This document shows positions 62,912 through 64,000 of a stretch of 64,000 bases of DNA, one piece after another; positions within the stretch are counted from its first letter, which is position 1, and each line of letters starts with the position of its first letter. Below the pieces are notes generated by a model. The model ran no database searches. It was not told the DNA's origin and saw only the letters and a list, made by a program, of their open reading frames with translations. Source of the stretch: an uncultured Candidatus Saccharibacteria bacterium (GTDB lineage Bacteria; Patescibacteriota; Minisyncoccia; UBA6257; 2-01-FULL-56-20); contig CAZDFQ010000001.1 in assembly GCA_964505005.1 (NCBI GenBank), positions 50,458 to 114,457 of the forward strand. Direction: 5' to 3'. A program made the position numbers and the translations under genes.

Positions 62912-63601
62912 TCAGAATAGGTTGGCCTCCCGATACTGACAGTAAAGACAATTCTCTGAAGAAGTCGGCGCTTCTTTCGAATCCAGAATGTTTCTGGCGT
63001 TTTTCAGGGCTGGCTCAATCCAGGAATCGTCGCCTTCATAAGGTTCAACGAAGATATCGAAAGAGAGAGCCGGCTCGGCGCTTTCAAAACCATTGGCTTT
63101 ATTGACTCTGGCAAAAACGATATAGCTCTTTGGTGAAACCGGAAAATCGTTTCTTTGCAACAGCCACTGGTAAATTTCGAGCTGGCGGCGATAGGAATCG
63201 TACATTTGGTGTTCGTTCGCGCCCGTGGCTTTGTAGTCAACCACGCTCAATTCGCCCTGGGGATTAACCCAGACATCGTCAACCGCGCCATAGACCAGAA
63301 AGTCAGTTGGTTGGTGATGGTGTTGGACGCCGGTAAAATTATTGCGCCACTGCTGGATTTCCGGAGTGTTATAGGGAATCGCTTCGATGCCGTGTTTTTT
63401 CATTATTGGATGCGGCTGGCCCTTTTCACGGTACTTATCAAATTCTTTTTTCAAAAGATAATCAATGGCGTTGTTGATGGTGTAAGGCGCCGGCGGCGGC
63501 CGTTTGATTCCCTTTTTCATTTCCAGCCAGAAACACCGCGGGCATTCTAAAAATAATTCAATTTTCGAACGGGAAAGCTTGAGCATAAATTCAAAATTCA
63601 A
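62912..63601 (-). CDS. PD-(D/E)xK nuclease with four flanking cysteines (Cas4/RecB-like Fe-S nuclease domain), stand-alone
   Basis: 229 aa; N-terminal CPRCFW, core GAVDDVWVNPQGELSVVDYKAT (D...D.K), C-terminal CLYCQY; no cas genes or CRISPR array nearby. Confidence 0.55.
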   Translation of the reverse strand: MNFEFMLKLSRSKIELFLECPRCFWLEMKKGIKRPPPAPYTINNAIDYLLKKEFDKYREKGQPHPIMKKHGIEAIPYNTPEIQQWRNNFTGVQHHHQPTDFLVYGAVDDVWVNPQGELSVVDYKATGANEHQMYDSYRRQLEIYQWLLQRNDFPVSPKSYIVFARVNKANGFESAEPALSFDIFVEPYEGDDSWIEPALKNARNILDSKEAPTSSENCLYCQYREANLF

Positions 63602-63660
63602 ATATCAAAAATCTCAGCCCGAGGCTGATCCGCCTTTGGCGGAAAAATGAAAAATAAAAT
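63602..63660. repeat. central double-hairpin element of family-1 repeats (GCCCGAGGCTGATCCGCCTTTGGCGG)
   Basis: caaaaatctcagcccgaggctgatccgcctttggcggaaaaatgaaaaataaaat. Confidence 0.6.
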
Positions 63661-63780
63661 ATAAAAAATTTAGCAGAGACCTATTTCATTAAGCATACTG
63701 CAAAACAACTCTGGGGCGGATTGATGATATGATCGCACCGCCCCATTACTCCCGGGCTCTCAAAGGGGTACAACGACTGA

Positions 63781-63996
63781 CTACTTCCCGAGAGTCCCGC
63801 GCCTGAAGAGATCGAAGAAGAGTTGATCCGCTGTCTCCTCTCCCAGGATCTCTCTCGCCTCCCCCGACATGAGCACGTCCTCACCAGCGTCAACGACCGC
63901 TGCTTCTCGAGCCTGAGATAGAATATTCTCCTTTCGATCAGCGAGTTCCGGCCTGGTTGCGAGCCACTTTTCCAAGTCCGACATGAGGATAGCCAT
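63781..63996 (-). CDS. hypothetical small protein in GC-rich segment at window edge
   Basis: 71 aa ORF (MAILMSDLEKWLATRPELADRKENIL...); GC ~56%; context cut by window end. Confidence 0.2.
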   Translation of the reverse strand: MAILMSDLEKWLATRPELADRKENILSQAREAAVVDAGEDVLMSGEAREILGEETADQLFFDLFRRGTLGK

Positions 63997-64000
63997 TGGC

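Noticed and set aside
1-64000. rRNA genes, tmRNA, RNase P RNA, SRP RNA
   Set aside because: Scanned by eye for hallmark strings (for example GGTTCGAATCC-type T-loops outside tRNAs, the RNase P P4 motif AGTCCGG, SRP GGUGCUGUU). Nothing convincing found, but a by-eye search cannot exclude small ncRNAs.

Overview
This 64-kb window looks like a compact bacterial chromosome segment of moderate GC (roughly 45-50% by eye). Gene content and style suggest a Candidate Phyla Radiation / Patescibacteria-like genome: a minimal housekeeping set, several VirD4/TraD-like ATPases, a split comEC and many CxxC zinc ribbons. That assignment is an inference from content, not a computed placement. Genes are mostly on the minus strand: gltX (partial), murG-ftsW, an amidohydrolase, split comEC, trmD, two VirD4/TraD-like P-loop ATPases (one fused to a zinc ribbon plus NUDIX domain), pepN, secDF, dnaJ, dnaK-grpE, a Xer-type recombinase, rplJ-rplL, a short smc, rnc, nusB, rpmF, rnhB, glmS, a CofD/YvcK-like gene, rpsA, a CorA-like gene, cysS, dnaB, recR and ychF. 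RNA genes found: tRNA-Lys(UUU), tRNA-Val(CAC), and a tRNA (probably Phe-GAA) interrupted by a ~217-nt group I intron. No rRNA or CRISPR array was found. Nearly every intergenic spacer is filled by one of two repeat families: (1) composite palindromes built of TAAATCC/TAATTTC/CCAAAT-type heptamer-like units around a central GC hairpin (CCGCC-N3-5-GGCGG, resembling the tRNA-Lys acceptor stem); (2) ATTCGnAT/CGAATG unit arrays. Superimposed are GC-rich (55-63%) islets. One carries an isolated Pup (prokaryotic ubiquitin-like protein) homolog with a GH18, a PRAI-fold gene and hicAB next to a tRNA-Lys fragment hotspot with two GIY-YIG genes. Others carry pairs of small CxxCGDEV zinc-ribbon genes beside tRNA genes. 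A 1.4-kb islet carries an IS110 C-terminal-domain-only ORF flanked by arrays of alternating 10-11-bp repeats with 7-bp variable inserts. GC-rich hairpin segments are inserted in-frame into rnhB, smc, ychF and other genes, in a pattern analogous to Rickettsia palindromic elements. All calls are by-eye motif recognition; no searches were run.
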